NCBI GenBank assembly: GCA_024275415.1 | Contig: JAJRZD010000017.1 | Span: 75,058 to 107,057, forward strand | From: an archaeon | Lineage (GTDB): Archaea; Asgardarchaeota; Thorarchaeia; Thorarchaeales; Thorarchaeaceae | Reading direction: 5' to 3' | Length of the DNA: 32,000 nt | Program-made: the position numbers and the translations under genes | Notes under the pieces: generated by a model | What the model saw: the letters and a program-made list of their open reading frames with translations, nothing else | Database searches by the model: none | Told to the model about the DNA's origin: nothing | In this document: piece after piece, positions 18,301 through 27,527 of the stretch | Layout of the letters: every line of letters starts with the position of its first letter | Position numbering within the stretch: the first letter of the stretch is position 1

Positions 18301-21300
18301 ATGGGCGATAATGTGAATGGCACTGTCACATGGTTCCTACAGGACTCGATTGATGCAGGATTGACCAATATCACAGTCAAGCTCGGTGATCCCCCGACGT
18401 ACAAACAGTGGTACTACACTGATGTGAGCCCGTTCTCATTCTCGGTGCCCACAACTGATTTTGGTGCGGGAACCTACAACCTGACGGTCACGCTTGAAAA
18501 GGACTATTGCGCAACGCTTGTCCTTCAACAGGAGGTCATTATAGATGTGCCAGTTGAGGTCTATTTCCAGACCAATGCCACATTGTCGGGACATGTCCTT
18601 GAGCAGAGTACGATACCGTTTGACCTTCTATTCGTTGGGAACGACAGTCAGGCAGTAGGACAATCCGTGACTCTCATCATCACAGACGAGTACTCGACTG
18701 TTGTGTACACTGATAGCATGGTTTCTACTCCGGGTACGGACAATTTCTTGTGGACGCCATCACAACGAGGGAATTACACATTCACTCTCTCTACTGAGCG
18801 CAACGGCACGATTGAAGCGACACAGACCAGTGGTTTCATCGAGATAAGTGAGGATTCTGCCCTGACATGGTACAACGACGGGACACACGAGCAATATTCC
18901 AATGTCACACTGACAGCATACCTCTCCGGAGAAACTGGGGGTTCACTTGCCGGGAGGAGTGTCCGTGTCATCATCATGTCTCCTTCGTCCTCAACAGTCA
19001 TCGATACTGTATTGACCACGAACTCGACAGGGCATGTATCTATCGATCTCTATCTAGCCGAGAATGGCTTCTACACTCTCAGATGCGAATATGCAGGAGA
19101 GTATCTGATATCACCGACGTTCTCACTGTCCACGATCAACTCGTTCTCCAATACCAGTATCACCCTGTCAGGCGTTGCACCTGAGGGATTGGTGAACCAG
19201 ACATGGGAGATTGCTGCAGAACTGGTCGATTCGCAAGGACTCCCGCTATTTGGGAAGAACGTCACAATCACTATCACGTATCTACCTTCAACTACCGTAT
19301 ATCAAGCAACTCTGACGACGAATGCCACCGGTCACGTATCGCTCCAATGGACATTTCCTGCTCATGGAGCGTATTCCGTCAAGGCAGTGTTTGCAGGCAC
19401 AGCATCACTTCTTGCAAGCAACGTTACAGCCCTCTCGGATCTGTACACACCATCCTCACCTTCTATCACAGCTACATCATCTTTTGAGGTAGGAATCCTA
19501 GGATGGATTCAAGTCTTGGTTGAGGATCATGACGCGAATTCCTTGAACGGTGTGAATCTCTCTTTCGTCGTCAGAGACCCTCTTGATACTGTTATCTATT
19601 CAGCGACAGGCACCACTGTGAATGGACTATACAATTTCACGTTTTTGCCAACAATGAGAGGCGTGAACAGTTACGAGGTTTCGATTGACCGCCAAGGCTG
19701 GATAGAAGGTTCATTCATTGCAGGAACCATCAGGGTGTACGAACAGGTGCAGGTCGTGTTACAGCTTGATGCGCCACCGATAGCAGTAGGCTCTGGAACC
19801 CTGACAATAACAGTATTGGATTCAAGCGGCAACCCAATCCCGTCGTTAACCCTGACGACCGTGAGTACGCTTGACGGGACAATGATTCTTAATGTCACAG
19901 CCATTACTGACGGCAATGGTCAGGTCACCCTGTTATTGAATTATAATGCCATTGGAGCACTCTACATAGCAGTGGACATACCACAGCAGTCATGGCTCTA
20001 TGAGTCACACGTTTCAGATGGCTGGACAGTCCTAGGCCAGACAACACTTGGTATCCCACACAACGGCCTTCCGATTGACCAGGGCACGACCATCGGGTAC
20101 ACTGTCACTCTTTCTGATTGGATGGACAATCCGCTTGCGGGAGGGGATATTACCATCACGATCGAGTTCTCCAATGGCACTCTACTGCGAACCATTGCAC
20201 GGGTGACAGGCACGGACGGAACCTGTGCCTTTGGTCAGACCTATGACCTAGTAGGCGATTTCGTCGTACGTGCATCGTATTCAGGTACTGGGTTGAACGC
20301 TTCTTCTGAATCGTTCATCATTCAACGTGTGACGGTGACTCCTGACCTTGTACTGCTTAGCGATCCGACTGTCCAACTTGGTGACACCGCTGAGTTCCTA
20401 GTTGCCTTGAAAGACAACTATGGTGCGTTCATTGCTGGGAGGTCAATCACCCTATCGGTCAGCATGGACGGGATCACTATCTACGAAACAGTCACTCTAT
20501 CCGAGTCACAGACAATTGCAATACATTGGACTCCGACAGCACGAGGGCTAGCCACGGTGACTCTGCTGCATCAAGGAGATGTGTACTATCTTGAGAACTC
20601 GACCTACAAGACGATATCAGTGATGGAAGTTGCGACAGGTGAAGTCGTCTTCGAAAATGATGTCATCGACCTCTTTGATTCAGTCGTCATCAACTATACA
20701 CTAACGTGCAATGACGCATTAAACGTCACGATCGATTTCACGATACTGGACGCTGATATGTTCCCAATCTGGACACAAACAGTGGTCACTGATGCGAACG
20801 GGCTTGCGACTGTTAACTATATTGCCGATGACGCTTACGGAGTCCTCTCAGTGCTTGTGGCTCCTTCCATCGACCAGTTCCTGATGGGTGCAGATATACA
20901 GGCACTATTCACGGTCAAAACGACTGGAACCCCTGATGTCATATTGGAACCCTACCCTGCTATCGTCTTGAAGCCTGTCAACATCACCGTTAGTGTGACA
21001 GACCAGCTTGGTGGTGGGATTGATGGAATCACTGTCAGTGTTTCTGCTTACTTCCAAGGACAGAAAGTGGATCTTGGCGGTTTCGCTGGCACTGCACGAG
21101 TCGATATCATCGATGGCATTGGCATTGTCACCTTCGTCCCGGAGAGGGCTGGTGCGTACAGCTTCTCGGTTTCCTACTCTGGTGGCAAGATAGTCTACTC
21201 ATTCGATGCAAGCGGTTTTGTGAGGAATGTACATTCTCCCACCTACCTCACATTCGTGTTACTCACTTCAGACCTAGAAACGGGGAACACTTTGAATGCG

Positions 21301-23160
21301 ACAGTGAAGCTTACTGACTATGAAGGAAACCCGATGTCGTTCATGACAGTCCATCTCACTCTGGAAGGTGTGGAATCCACCGATTTCTTGACAGACGAGA
21401 ACGGCGAGGTCTTCTATTCCTCTCTTATGGCATCCGAAGGAACCAAGACCCTTACAGTATCATTTGATGGCTACACAGTATACCTAGCATCATCAAATGC
21501 AACCGAGATTCAAGTCCGTACAGGTACATCAATCACAGCGTTGGTCACGAGTAATTGGGTTCCCATCGCAGCTTCCCTTCCTGTCACGATTTCTGTCCTC
21601 CTTGAGGATGATTCAGGAACCCCACTTGAAGGACGCACGGTCACCATGATGGTCTATCATAACGGGACAGACCTCCTGTGGACTGACAATATCATCGCCT
21701 TTGGACAGGATCCTGAGATACTAAATGTCACACTTCCACTGATGGGCAACTATACCCTCATCCTCGCCTTTGCTGGTACCGATTCCTATTATCCATCATC
21801 TTCAGCCATTGACATATTCGTTATTGGGACAAGTAACATAGAGTTAGAGTTCCCGAACGATATGGATAGATCTGATAACGTTACTGGGATTATCACTTTC
21901 TTGGACGAGATCTCATCACCATTAGTGGTTGAAGGACTAGACATTGAGATTAGCCTGACAGGAACCAACCTTGACAGCCGCTTGGTCTTCGACGAACAGT
22001 CAATCCAACTGCGACTGATGGGACTGGAAGTCGGCAATTACACATTGGATGTTGTCCTACATGAGTCAGCCGTTCGACTGGGTTCTAGCATGTCCTTCGA
22101 GTTCACGGTGTACGCCAATTCCACACTTAGCGTGTCCAACGAGACCCTGAGCGGTATCACGTACGAGGAACACTGGGTCGAACTGCTGCTGGTCGACTCA
22201 CTCGGCGAAACGATAGAGGATGCGACACTGTTCATCAGCCTCTGGGATCCAGATGGTAAGGAGATATACGGCAACATTGTCACATCAGTCACGAAGGTTC
22301 ATTCCGACGATGGTCTTGTGTTGATCACATGGGTTCCTTCAAAAGCGGGGAACTACACCCTTAAGGCACGCTACGATGGGACAGAGTTTACCAAGGGGAC
22401 TGAGTTCGTCCTCACTAGCTATGCTCGTCACGCTACGATAATGGATGCATCGGGTCCGGGGTCAATCCAATTTCCCGACATACCTACTATCTCGATCTCC
22501 TTACAGTCAGGAAACAAAAAGATTGCAAATGCCCCAATCACAGTCCGACTTGTCTTGGGCAATTCGAGTGTGACTAGCTATCTCGTCACGACGGACATAT
22601 GGGGGCGTGCATCATGCCAGCTCGCAGATATCGTGGCAGGGAACCTAACAGTGGTCATCGAGTATGCCGGGAACGACCAGTATATGCCCTCGGAGAGAAT
22701 CGTGTCAATCATTGTGTCCCCCGAGGTGGATGTGGACATCAGCACCACCGGAAACCACTTTCTTGGTGGAAACATCACGATTCACATCTCTGTGGATTTG
22801 CTCGGCGTTCAGGACACGTTCGAAGGCAAGGCTGTTGTTGAGATCAGTCCTCAGTTCGAAGGTGGAGAGGCAGTGCTCAAGACACGTCAGATTGGGTCTC
22901 AAGAGTCGTGGGATATGCAGTTCATTCCATATGCCGAGGGCGAATACGTCATAACCGTCAAGTTGAGCGGTATCCCAGTTATCGGCTCGTTCTACAAGAA
23001 CTTCACACTTACAATCACTCAGCCGGTTCTACAGATAGAGATGGAACCAAGCACAACTCCGGTCATTGGAAGTGGGGTGGCTCTGAGCATCCTAGGCATC
23101 GCCCTTCGAAAGAGGCTTCATGGTGCGGTTGATACAATCGTAGGCGAATGGGACTCCTAG
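15340..23160 (+). CDS. 2606-aa cell-surface protein: signal peptide, prenyltransferase/squalene-cyclase-repeat barrel, Ig-like stalk, C-terminal TM anchor
   Basis: Uninterrupted 7.8-kb ORF with an N-terminal hydrophobic signal, QW/PFTB-type repeats and T/V/S-rich Ig-like repeats. Ends in PVIGSGVALSILGIAL-RKR. Confidence 0.85.
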   Translation: MKRTHIIRIFNVRGTRQVMVTIVAMFLFVNFAGSLFAQVPLTGHASAEGVNDHYPLESTSFIPSASLGTPARVGEYIILRYTGQSTPSRATSLESLMVSWGMITTTYDVTDVMGNPEVLRDAPAIIIDGSVGSDQGIAIPRSVIIALIQADRPVILLGNASWLVPALSGHKGPPIKTAPVTTQFFPDHGAVYSVYPNNITDGATLTSESLTLPINPVQTEYSRLVNLTSSSNPSVLPVLQYLSYRLDTFIVGLGDPLLWTTDGEMLLENIIAYATTLSESPTSVAIGDTQYYDTVSGGLAYGHVPEVKNTYYAVHMAYDLLSPSEFSTWALQRESVVFSILSDLYVDEGSVSGFKKNRYATGTDLVSTAQGLWVMETMGLASYFVEAEVISYLSNAQDADGGFANDVTTTYLVTEALAVSGSLSTVNTANLIFWLHECQVKSADSGDIATWGGFGKNPTDGNPSSLYTFQGLLALQFLNEGHDDLKTVEWLWNRMNGDGSFDNTISDGSDLIVGTASAIGALELFSVLDTGNKSQSLGWLANKQLPSGGFGNNDADIVGRTKDTAYVALSLAVLGESANPIASSIMSFINTIEHEAGFDGMRIIPSLMWGYYLGTAARYSHASGSVNMTDLERYLLRLTDMSIYPPWSNISAYITPEYSINQYWMKSVWTYLFGVGMANITGVQLTSTDYIATYLVQQQDSSGHFKPYIYPSTPHMQYSVAAVEALYLLDALDLMSYRAQLESAVLAEYAAGSWSGIGWTLEPLAGNQPVIDWLSTRAAARLGILNTTMAAEIASSVIGRLQYTDLWALSRDVASLSLLDSIFSSDYLGYVNKSQVLDALRSSSLRTTGWYNTTSVWQPLFTSGVLEMVSQLGLRTNLTDAFGSRITATLASPPIVGNNLDIDVNIESSQNNHSIYVYAFGTWTLFENVTNTDTLILTVPADASMLGPQDISIMLWDTGQSRAYGLVPTTVSSSLTGSMVLDETMLLMGDNVNGTVTWFLQDSIDAGLTNITVKLGDPPTYKQWYYTDVSPFSFSVPTTDFGAGTYNLTVTLEKDYCATLVLQQEVIIDVPVEVYFQTNATLSGHVLEQSTIPFDLLFVGNDSQAVGQSVTLIITDEYSTVVYTDSMVSTPGTDNFLWTPSQRGNYTFTLSTERNGTIEATQTSGFIEISEDSALTWYNDGTHEQYSNVTLTAYLSGETGGSLAGRSVRVIIMSPSSSTVIDTVLTTNSTGHVSIDLYLAENGFYTLRCEYAGEYLISPTFSLSTINSFSNTSITLSGVAPEGLVNQTWEIAAELVDSQGLPLFGKNVTITITYLPSTTVYQATLTTNATGHVSLQWTFPAHGAYSVKAVFAGTASLLASNVTALSDLYTPSSPSITATSSFEVGILGWIQVLVEDHDANSLNGVNLSFVVRDPLDTVIYSATGTTVNGLYNFTFLPTMRGVNSYEVSIDRQGWIEGSFIAGTIRVYEQVQVVLQLDAPPIAVGSGTLTITVLDSSGNPIPSLTLTTVSTLDGTMILNVTAITDGNGQVTLLLNYNAIGALYIAVDIPQQSWLYESHVSDGWTVLGQTTLGIPHNGLPIDQGTTIGYTVTLSDWMDNPLAGGDITITIEFSNGTLLRTIARVTGTDGTCAFGQTYDLVGDFVVRASYSGTGLNASSESFIIQRVTVTPDLVLLSDPTVQLGDTAEFLVALKDNYGAFIAGRSITLSVSMDGITIYETVTLSESQTIAIHWTPTARGLATVTLLHQGDVYYLENSTYKTISVMEVATGEVVFENDVIDLFDSVVINYTLTCNDALNVTIDFTILDADMFPIWTQTVVTDANGLATVNYIADDAYGVLSVLVAPSIDQFLMGADIQALFTVKTTGTPDVILEPYPAIVLKPVNITVSVTDQLGGGIDGITVSVSAYFQGQKVDLGGFAGTARVDIIDGIGIVTFVPERAGAYSFSVSYSGGKIVYSFDASGFVRNVHSPTYLTFVLLTSDLETGNTLNATVKLTDYEGNPMSFMTVHLTLEGVESTDFLTDENGEVFYSSLMASEGTKTLTVSFDGYTVYLASSNATEIQVRTGTSITALVTSNWVPIAASLPVTISVLLEDDSGTPLEGRTVTMMVYHNGTDLLWTDNIIAFGQDPEILNVTLPLMGNYTLILAFAGTDSYYPSSSAIDIFVIGTSNIELEFPNDMDRSDNVTGIITFLDEISSPLVVEGLDIEISLTGTNLDSRLVFDEQSIQLRLMGLEVGNYTLDVVLHESAVRLGSSMSFEFTVYANSTLSVSNETLSGITYEEHWVELLLVDSLGETIEDATLFISLWDPDGKEIYGNIVTSVTKVHSDDGLVLITWVPSKAGNYTLKARYDGTEFTKGTEFVLTSYARHATIMDASGPGSIQFPDIPTISISLQSGNKKIANAPITVRLVLGNSSVTSYLVTTDIWGRASCQLADIVAGNLTVVIEYAGNDQYMPSERIVSIIVSPEVDVDISTTGNHFLGGNITIHISVDLLGVQDTFEGKAVVEISPQFEGGEAVLKTRQIGSQESWDMQFIPYAEGEYVITVKLSGIPVIGSFYKNFTLTITQPVLQIEMEPSTTPVIGSGVALSILGIALRKRLHGAVDTIVGEWDS
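16390..17530 (+). repeat. prenyltransferase/squalene-oxidase-type (QW) protein repeats, probable (alpha/alpha)6 barrel
   Basis: YLSNAQDADGGF, WLHECQ...WGGFG, WLWNRMNGDGSF, WLANKQLPSGGFG and YLVQQQDSSGHF, each followed by a T/S-x-x-A-x-x-A-L helix. Confidence 0.75.
17990..23040 (+). repeat. tandem Ig-like (Big-type) domains, about 15-17 of ~100 aa
   Basis: Recurrent T(D/N)xxGx(V/A) motifs (TNSTGHV, TNATGHV, TDGNGQV, TDANGLA, TDENGEV, TDIWGRA). At least 9 GxYx(L/V)xxx(Y/F)xG-type strands (e.g. GFYTLRCEYAG, GAYSVKAVFAG, GNYTLKARYDG). The domain count is estimated from length. Confidence 0.75.
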
Positions 23161-23176
23161 GGATTCTGTCATGGGC

Positions 23177-23183
23177 TTAAATA
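23177..23183 (+). promoter_or_regulatory. putative TATA box for a leaderless transcript of 23205-23570
   Basis: TTAAATA lies 22-28 nt upstream of ATG 23205, which has no SD sequence. Confidence 0.4.
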
Positions 23184-23204
23184 GAGCCATCAACACATCC
23201 CATC

Positions 23205-23570
23205 ATGAGAGTGCTGGAGCTAGAAAAATCGAGAGATAGGGCATTGAAAAATGGGAATCTTTGGAGGGCAGCTATCGACCCGACCTCGCACTGGCTATTC
23301 CGAGCGGATGCCATGAGAGAGCTAGTCAAGGTCAATGACCCTAAGATCGAGGACTATGTTATCTCTTTGCTCACAACAGACGACATTGACCAATGGTTTA
23401 CAGCATTGGAGGTTCTTTCTCTCATCCCGACCGAGAAGGTGAGGCTCGCATTGATGAGCGAGTACAAGCGTGTGGACCGGGTACACAAGCCCTATGTCAT
23501 GCGGGCACTTGTGGGAAACGCCAGTCAGGAGCAGCTTGAAATGTTCCAGCCTACCACCTACGACTTCTAG
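23205..23570 (+). CDS. small HEAT-repeat-like helical protein
   Basis: Helical pairs FRADAMRELVKV-NDPKIEDYVISLL and QWFTALEVLSLI-PTEKVRLAL resemble HEAT_2/PBS-lyase repeats. Confidence 0.6.
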   Translation: MRVLELEKSRDRALKNGNLWRAAIDPTSHWLFRADAMRELVKVNDPKIEDYVISLLTTDDIDQWFTALEVLSLIPTEKVRLALMSEYKRVDRVHKPYVMRALVGNASQEQLEMFQPTTYDF

Positions 23571-23603
23571 GCAGACGACCAAAGACTTGCAGGATAGATC
23601 TGG

Positions 23604-24356
23604 TTAGAATAGTGCGAAGAGGCTCATCTCTGGGAATATCAGTACCCACATGAGCAACGCAGTCACCAAGGGAATAAAGAAGTTATCAGTCCATCCGACA
23701 CTGAACAGTTCGATGAGCATGATGACAAGACCGATGAATGCGATTTGCGGGATATAACACAAAGGGCATCTGTCTACGGAATAGAGTACCATTGCGACTA
23801 GCACTGATACCATGGTCATCGCATACACACCAAGACTGCCTTCAATTGATTTTCCATTGAATTTCCGGGACACGAAAGTTCCACCCACACTTCTCCCCAC
23901 AACCTCCCCTGCTGCATCACCCCATGCTACAGCCAATATGGCTGCCGAGAAGATCTCGGGGTGTTGAAAGAACATCAGGAACGCTAGGACGAACGCGACC
24001 ATGCCCATGAAGCCTGAAGCAAATGTGTTCAGCGAGCTCTCATTCTCTCTGCTTCCTGCCACTAGTAACTCGGAAATCAGACTGCTCTTATGGGCCCAGG
24101 CATACATCAATATCGTAAGGAATATCCCTGCCGCCAAGGAAGGGCCACTGATGGATGTGTATGAATGGACAGTAAGGGCAATGATGGAGCCCATTCCAAT
24201 ATGTACCAGTTTCCGCGGCTTCCAACGGTCAATCCCTCTCTCAGCCATTATGTAGGCTACAGCCAATATCACTCCTCCACCAAGTCCGGTGAACAGGGCA
24301 AGGATGACATCAATCTGTGTTAGATCGCCTATGATGAGTTCCACCATTTGTACCAA
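23604..24356 (-). CDS. CTP-dependent phytol/dolichol/polyprenol kinase family membrane protein
   Basis: RKLVHIGMG, LAVAWGDAAGEVVG, KSIEGSLG and TDNFFIP motifs, with about 7-8 TM helices. Confidence 0.85.
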   Translation of the reverse strand: MVQMVELIIGDLTQIDVILALFTGLGGGVILAVAYIMAERGIDRWKPRKLVHIGMGSIIALTVHSYTSISGPSLAAGIFLTILMYAWAHKSSLISELLVAGSRENESSLNTFASGFMGMVAFVLAFLMFFQHPEIFSAAILAVAWGDAAGEVVGRSVGGTFVSRKFNGKSIEGSLGVYAMTMVSVLVAMVLYSVDRCPLCYIPQIAFIGLVIMLIELFSVGWTDNFFIPLVTALLMWVLIFPEMSLFALF

Positions 24357-24481
24357 GCCAAATCAACATCAACACCCATATCATATTATCTGCTTCCTAT
24401 TCAGTTCGTTGTGCCGGGGCTTTGACCTTAGAATAGGTAGCCTTCTGAATACCTGTTCATCGTCATGCTGGGCATACTATC

Positions 24482-25327
24482 TCACAATCGCTTGCAATCC
24501 CTGAATCTCAGGAACGATACACACGCGTTGAATTCCGCATACGTCTTTCCTAGATCAACCTGTTTGACAATCTCTGATTTTACGGCATCATAATAGTCAT
24601 GGAAGCATGATGGGTCTGTGGATTCCAATTTCATTTTGGCTTCATCCAGTGCTTCCCGAAAAGAGTCGATGATGTCAGACATTACTGAATTGCTAGAGAA
24701 CATCTGCCAGTGAAGGTCTGCGCTCTGGTACATTATTGCTCCGAGAAGCATCCTTTGGATCTCGAAGGTGGTTCCCCCAAGCTTTTCTAACAATCCCATA
24801 TCTTCGTGCTGATAAACTGATGCCATTGCGACATGAACGAGATACGGAAAGGAGATGACAAGAGCTGCTACTCTGTCGTTATCTTTCGCATCAACTAGAA
24901 AAATCTCGTTCTCGCTGAAGACCTGGGCTGCCAAGTCCACCTCAGCGGGTGCATCAAGCACGGGGATGACAGCAATCCTGTTGTTTGACAATGACGCTCC
25001 ATGACCAAATAGCGGGTGGATAGAGAGCGGAATGATATCTCCAGATGCGGCCTCTCGAAGCAGGTCAACCGTTGAGCCCTTGATGCTGGAGATCTCGCAC
25101 AAGACGCACGAACCCCTGAGATGTTCAGTAACCTCTCCTATGACTTCTGCCATCGCGTTGATGGGCACCGCGATGAGTACGAACTCTGCCTCGGATAGCA
25201 GTCCCGCCCTCTCATGATCTAAATGGGTGTGGACATCGATGCCAATCACCTCATGATGTGTGGCTTGAAAGAACCTCACGAACCAGCGTCCCATCGCGCC
25301 CTTGGAACCAATCACAATCACTCTCAC
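24482..25327 (-). CDS. tyrA: prephenate/arogenate dehydrogenase (TyrA family)
   Basis: Rossmann motif VIVIGSKGAMG, acidic GIDV (NAD-type), EISSIKG and the catalytic LSIHPLFG. GTGA overlap with the upstream fusion gene. Confidence 0.85.
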   Translation of the reverse strand: MRVIVIGSKGAMGRWFVRFFQATHHEVIGIDVHTHLDHERAGLLSEAEFVLIAVPINAMAEVIGEVTEHLRGSCVLCEISSIKGSTVDLLREAASGDIIPLSIHPLFGHGASLSNNRIAVIPVLDAPAEVDLAAQVFSENEIFLVDAKDNDRVAALVISFPYLVHVAMASVYQHEDMGLLEKLGGTTFEIQRMLLGAIMYQSADLHWQMFSSNSVMSDIIDSFREALDEAKMKLESTDPSCFHDYYDAVKSEIVKQVDLGKTYAEFNACVSFLRFRDCKRL

Positions 25328-26718
25328 CCGACCACCTCGTCCATGATGTTGATTGCCTGTGCGATGGTGTCGATCGGTTGTGTCATTGCTATCCTAATGT
25401 GGTCAACATACCTTTTGCCGTAGGCAGAGCCTGGTGTGACACAAATGCCCCGCTCAAGCAGTTTCATGACAAATGTATCGCCGTTCATTATTGTAGTGTC
25501 GATGCGTGGAAACAGGTAGAAGCTACTTTGTGGCTCTCCCACGTTGAACTTGCTCCTCGATAGGAGCTTGTAGGATGCCAGCACGCGCTCCTTCATCAAC
25601 CTCTTGTACGACAAGCGCTCATCAATGCATGACAGTGCCTCTCGGGCTGCAATCTGGATGAATTCAGGTACACAGGTCACCATCATTCCTTGCAACTGTG
25701 CCATCCTCTTTATCCTCTCTCTCGATGAAACCACATAGCCAATCCTGAACCCCGTCATCCCAAAAGACTTGGACATTGAAGAGATGTAATCAGACTCGGA
25801 ACCCGGGAACTCCAAGATACTCGTATGAGGTACGATGCTGAAGTCTGAATAGACCTCATCGGAAATGACACTAACACCTCTCTCTTGAGTCACTGCGACA
25901 ATATCCTGCATCTCATCTCGAGTCAGGACATGTCCAGTCGGATTGCTGGGTGTGTTCAGGACCAGCAGGCTTGTGGACTCGTTCATTGCTTCTTCAATTA
26001 TATCAACATCAAGTTGCCATTCATTATGGGCATGGGTCTCGATGAACGTGGGCTTTCCGCCAAGAGCCCTGATACAACTCCCATATGGCGGGTAGGAAGG
26101 ACCAATGAGCAGTACCTCATCACCGGGTCGTAGAGCCGACATCAGGGACAGCCATATAGCACCTCTGGCACCTAGAGTCACTAGAACCTCATCCGACTCG
26201 ACCTCTCTTGCATGGCTTGTACCGATATGTTGCGCCAGCGCCTCTCTCAGTGAGTGGATCCCTGCCTCATGACAATAGTGTGAGGCTCCTCCTGCGATTG
26301 ATCTTGAGGCTGTCGTCTTCACCTTCGTGGGCGGGCCAAAGTCAGGCTCTCCAATCTCAAGATGTATGACCTGCTGTCCGTCCATCTCCAGCTTTTTTGC
26401 AATTGTATTCATTCGTGCAGGCGATAGTGGACGCTCATCCATCACGCTTGATTGAGCATTGATTGCATGCTCTATCAGATTGTTGAGGATTCTAAGGACT
26501 ATTCCCTCGCTCACTCCGTGATGTTTACACTTGTTGATGATGTCCGACCGCAGCCGTGCCTCAGCGGCCCTGTCGATGAGTGGAAGGCCTTGACGTTTCT
26601 TTTCAAGGGCTATCTCCTTTACAATCGACTGTCTGATCCCAATCTGCCGGATGATTTCCCTAGTCGCTCCAAGGACTTGCCTCCTAAGGGTTTCCAATGA
26701 ATAGATGTCAGTTGTCAA
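25324..26718 (-). CDS. AroQ chorismate mutase fused to class I/II PLP aminotransferase
   Basis: The N-terminal domain aligns without gaps to E. coli PheA CM residues R11, R28, K39, D48, E52 and Q88. Aminotransferase motifs LEIGEPDF, NTPSNPTG, SDEVY and SMSKSFGMTGFRIGY. Likely TTG start at 26718 after GGAGGT; the ORF track starts at 26784. Confidence 0.88.
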   Translation of the reverse strand: MTTDIYSLETLRRQVLGATREIIRQIGIRQSIVKEIALEKKRQGLPLIDRAAEARLRSDIINKCKHHGVSEGIVLRILNNLIEHAINAQSSVMDERPLSPARMNTIAKKLEMDGQQVIHLEIGEPDFGPPTKVKTTASRSIAGGASHYCHEAGIHSLREALAQHIGTSHAREVESDEVLVTLGARGAIWLSLMSALRPGDEVLLIGPSYPPYGSCIRALGGKPTFIETHAHNEWQLDVDIIEEAMNESTSLLVLNTPSNPTGHVLTRDEMQDIVAVTQERGVSVISDEVYSDFSIVPHTSILEFPGSESDYISSMSKSFGMTGFRIGYVVSSRERIKRMAQLQGMMVTCVPEFIQIAAREALSCIDERLSYKRLMKERVLASYKLLSRSKFNVGEPQSSFYLFPRIDTTIMNGDTFVMKLLERGICVTPGSAYGKRYVDHIRIAMTQPIDTIAQAINIMDEVVG

Positions 26719-27435
26719 CGACGCTACCTCCCTCACTATAGCGTACCGAGCTATAGCAAAGGAGGGAGCCAATCGGGTTGTCATTCCATGGTGTTGTGTG
26801 TTCTTCCTTTTTCGTCAATTCGGGTAGGTTCGTACTCATAACAGTTTCACCAAAAGGAGATTGTGTATCCAGGAGCCAGTCGCTGCATACCGTTAACGAT
26901 GATCCCTATAGCTATGATAGAAAACCATTGAGTGGTCTAGTCCACCAAGCATATGGTTCCTCATCGTTTTGCCTCTCCCAAATGAGCATCCTGTCACCTA
27001 TTATATTTTCGCCTTCAAGACGCTCCTTATGATGGAGTGTCCTTGTGCGTTTAACTAGTTCAGGTGTTCGATAATATGATGCACTATCTTGACCACACTC
27101 CATTTTTCTGAACTGTTGTTGTTGACTAATTCACAAGATGCAGGATACATTAGTGCTGTCAAACATTGGATACCTCAATACGTTGGGACATACACCGCCG
27201 ACATCAGGCCCCTAAGATATTGCTCGGTTCTGTGAGCCTCATCTTTCCATCCTATCGACTTTATTTGCAGTCCTGTTAATACTGCATGATGCCCATTCGT
27301 TAAGTTTCGTTACTGTGAAAATGCGTGTCTTTCCAAGATTTTGTGCTGTCCCGTTCGAGTGTTACCATTGCTCTTGCGCTCCTTCGCAATTCGCCAATCC
27401 TCTGCGTTTTTAGGAGGGCTGTGTTGGTTGGGAGG

Positions 27436-27443
27436 TTTATATA
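27436..27443 (+). promoter_or_regulatory. putative TATA box upstream of the large secreted gene
   Basis: TTTATATA about 85 nt before ATG 27528, within an ~800-nt intergenic region. It also reads as a TATA box on the minus strand. Confidence 0.45.
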
Positions 27444-27527
27444 TCTCCATCAAGAAGGAACATCAGGAAAGGAGCTTGGTATCGGTTGGAGGATGCGAGT
27501 TTCCGTGAGATTGAGGAAGGTCTAAGG

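Noticed and set aside
23040-23160. Archaeosortase PGF-CTERM signal on the giant protein
   Set aside because: A TM helix and basic residues are present, but there is no PGF (or PEF/VPxxxP) motif before the helix.
15340-24356. Functional isoprenoid link between the prenyltransferase-like barrel and the polyprenol kinase
   Set aside because: The genes are convergent and separated by another gene, and the barrel lacks catalytic motifs, so proximity alone is not enough.
26778-27525. Short ORFs 26778-27032, 26912-27103 and 27325-27525 as real genes
   Set aside because: They have no motifs or SD sites, overlap each other on opposite strands, and one needs a non-standard start.
27486-27527. TTG 27486 as the start of the large secreted gene
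   Set aside because: ATG 27528 follows GAGGAAGG and gives a clean basic-hydrophobic signal peptide, while the extra 14 residues would mask it.
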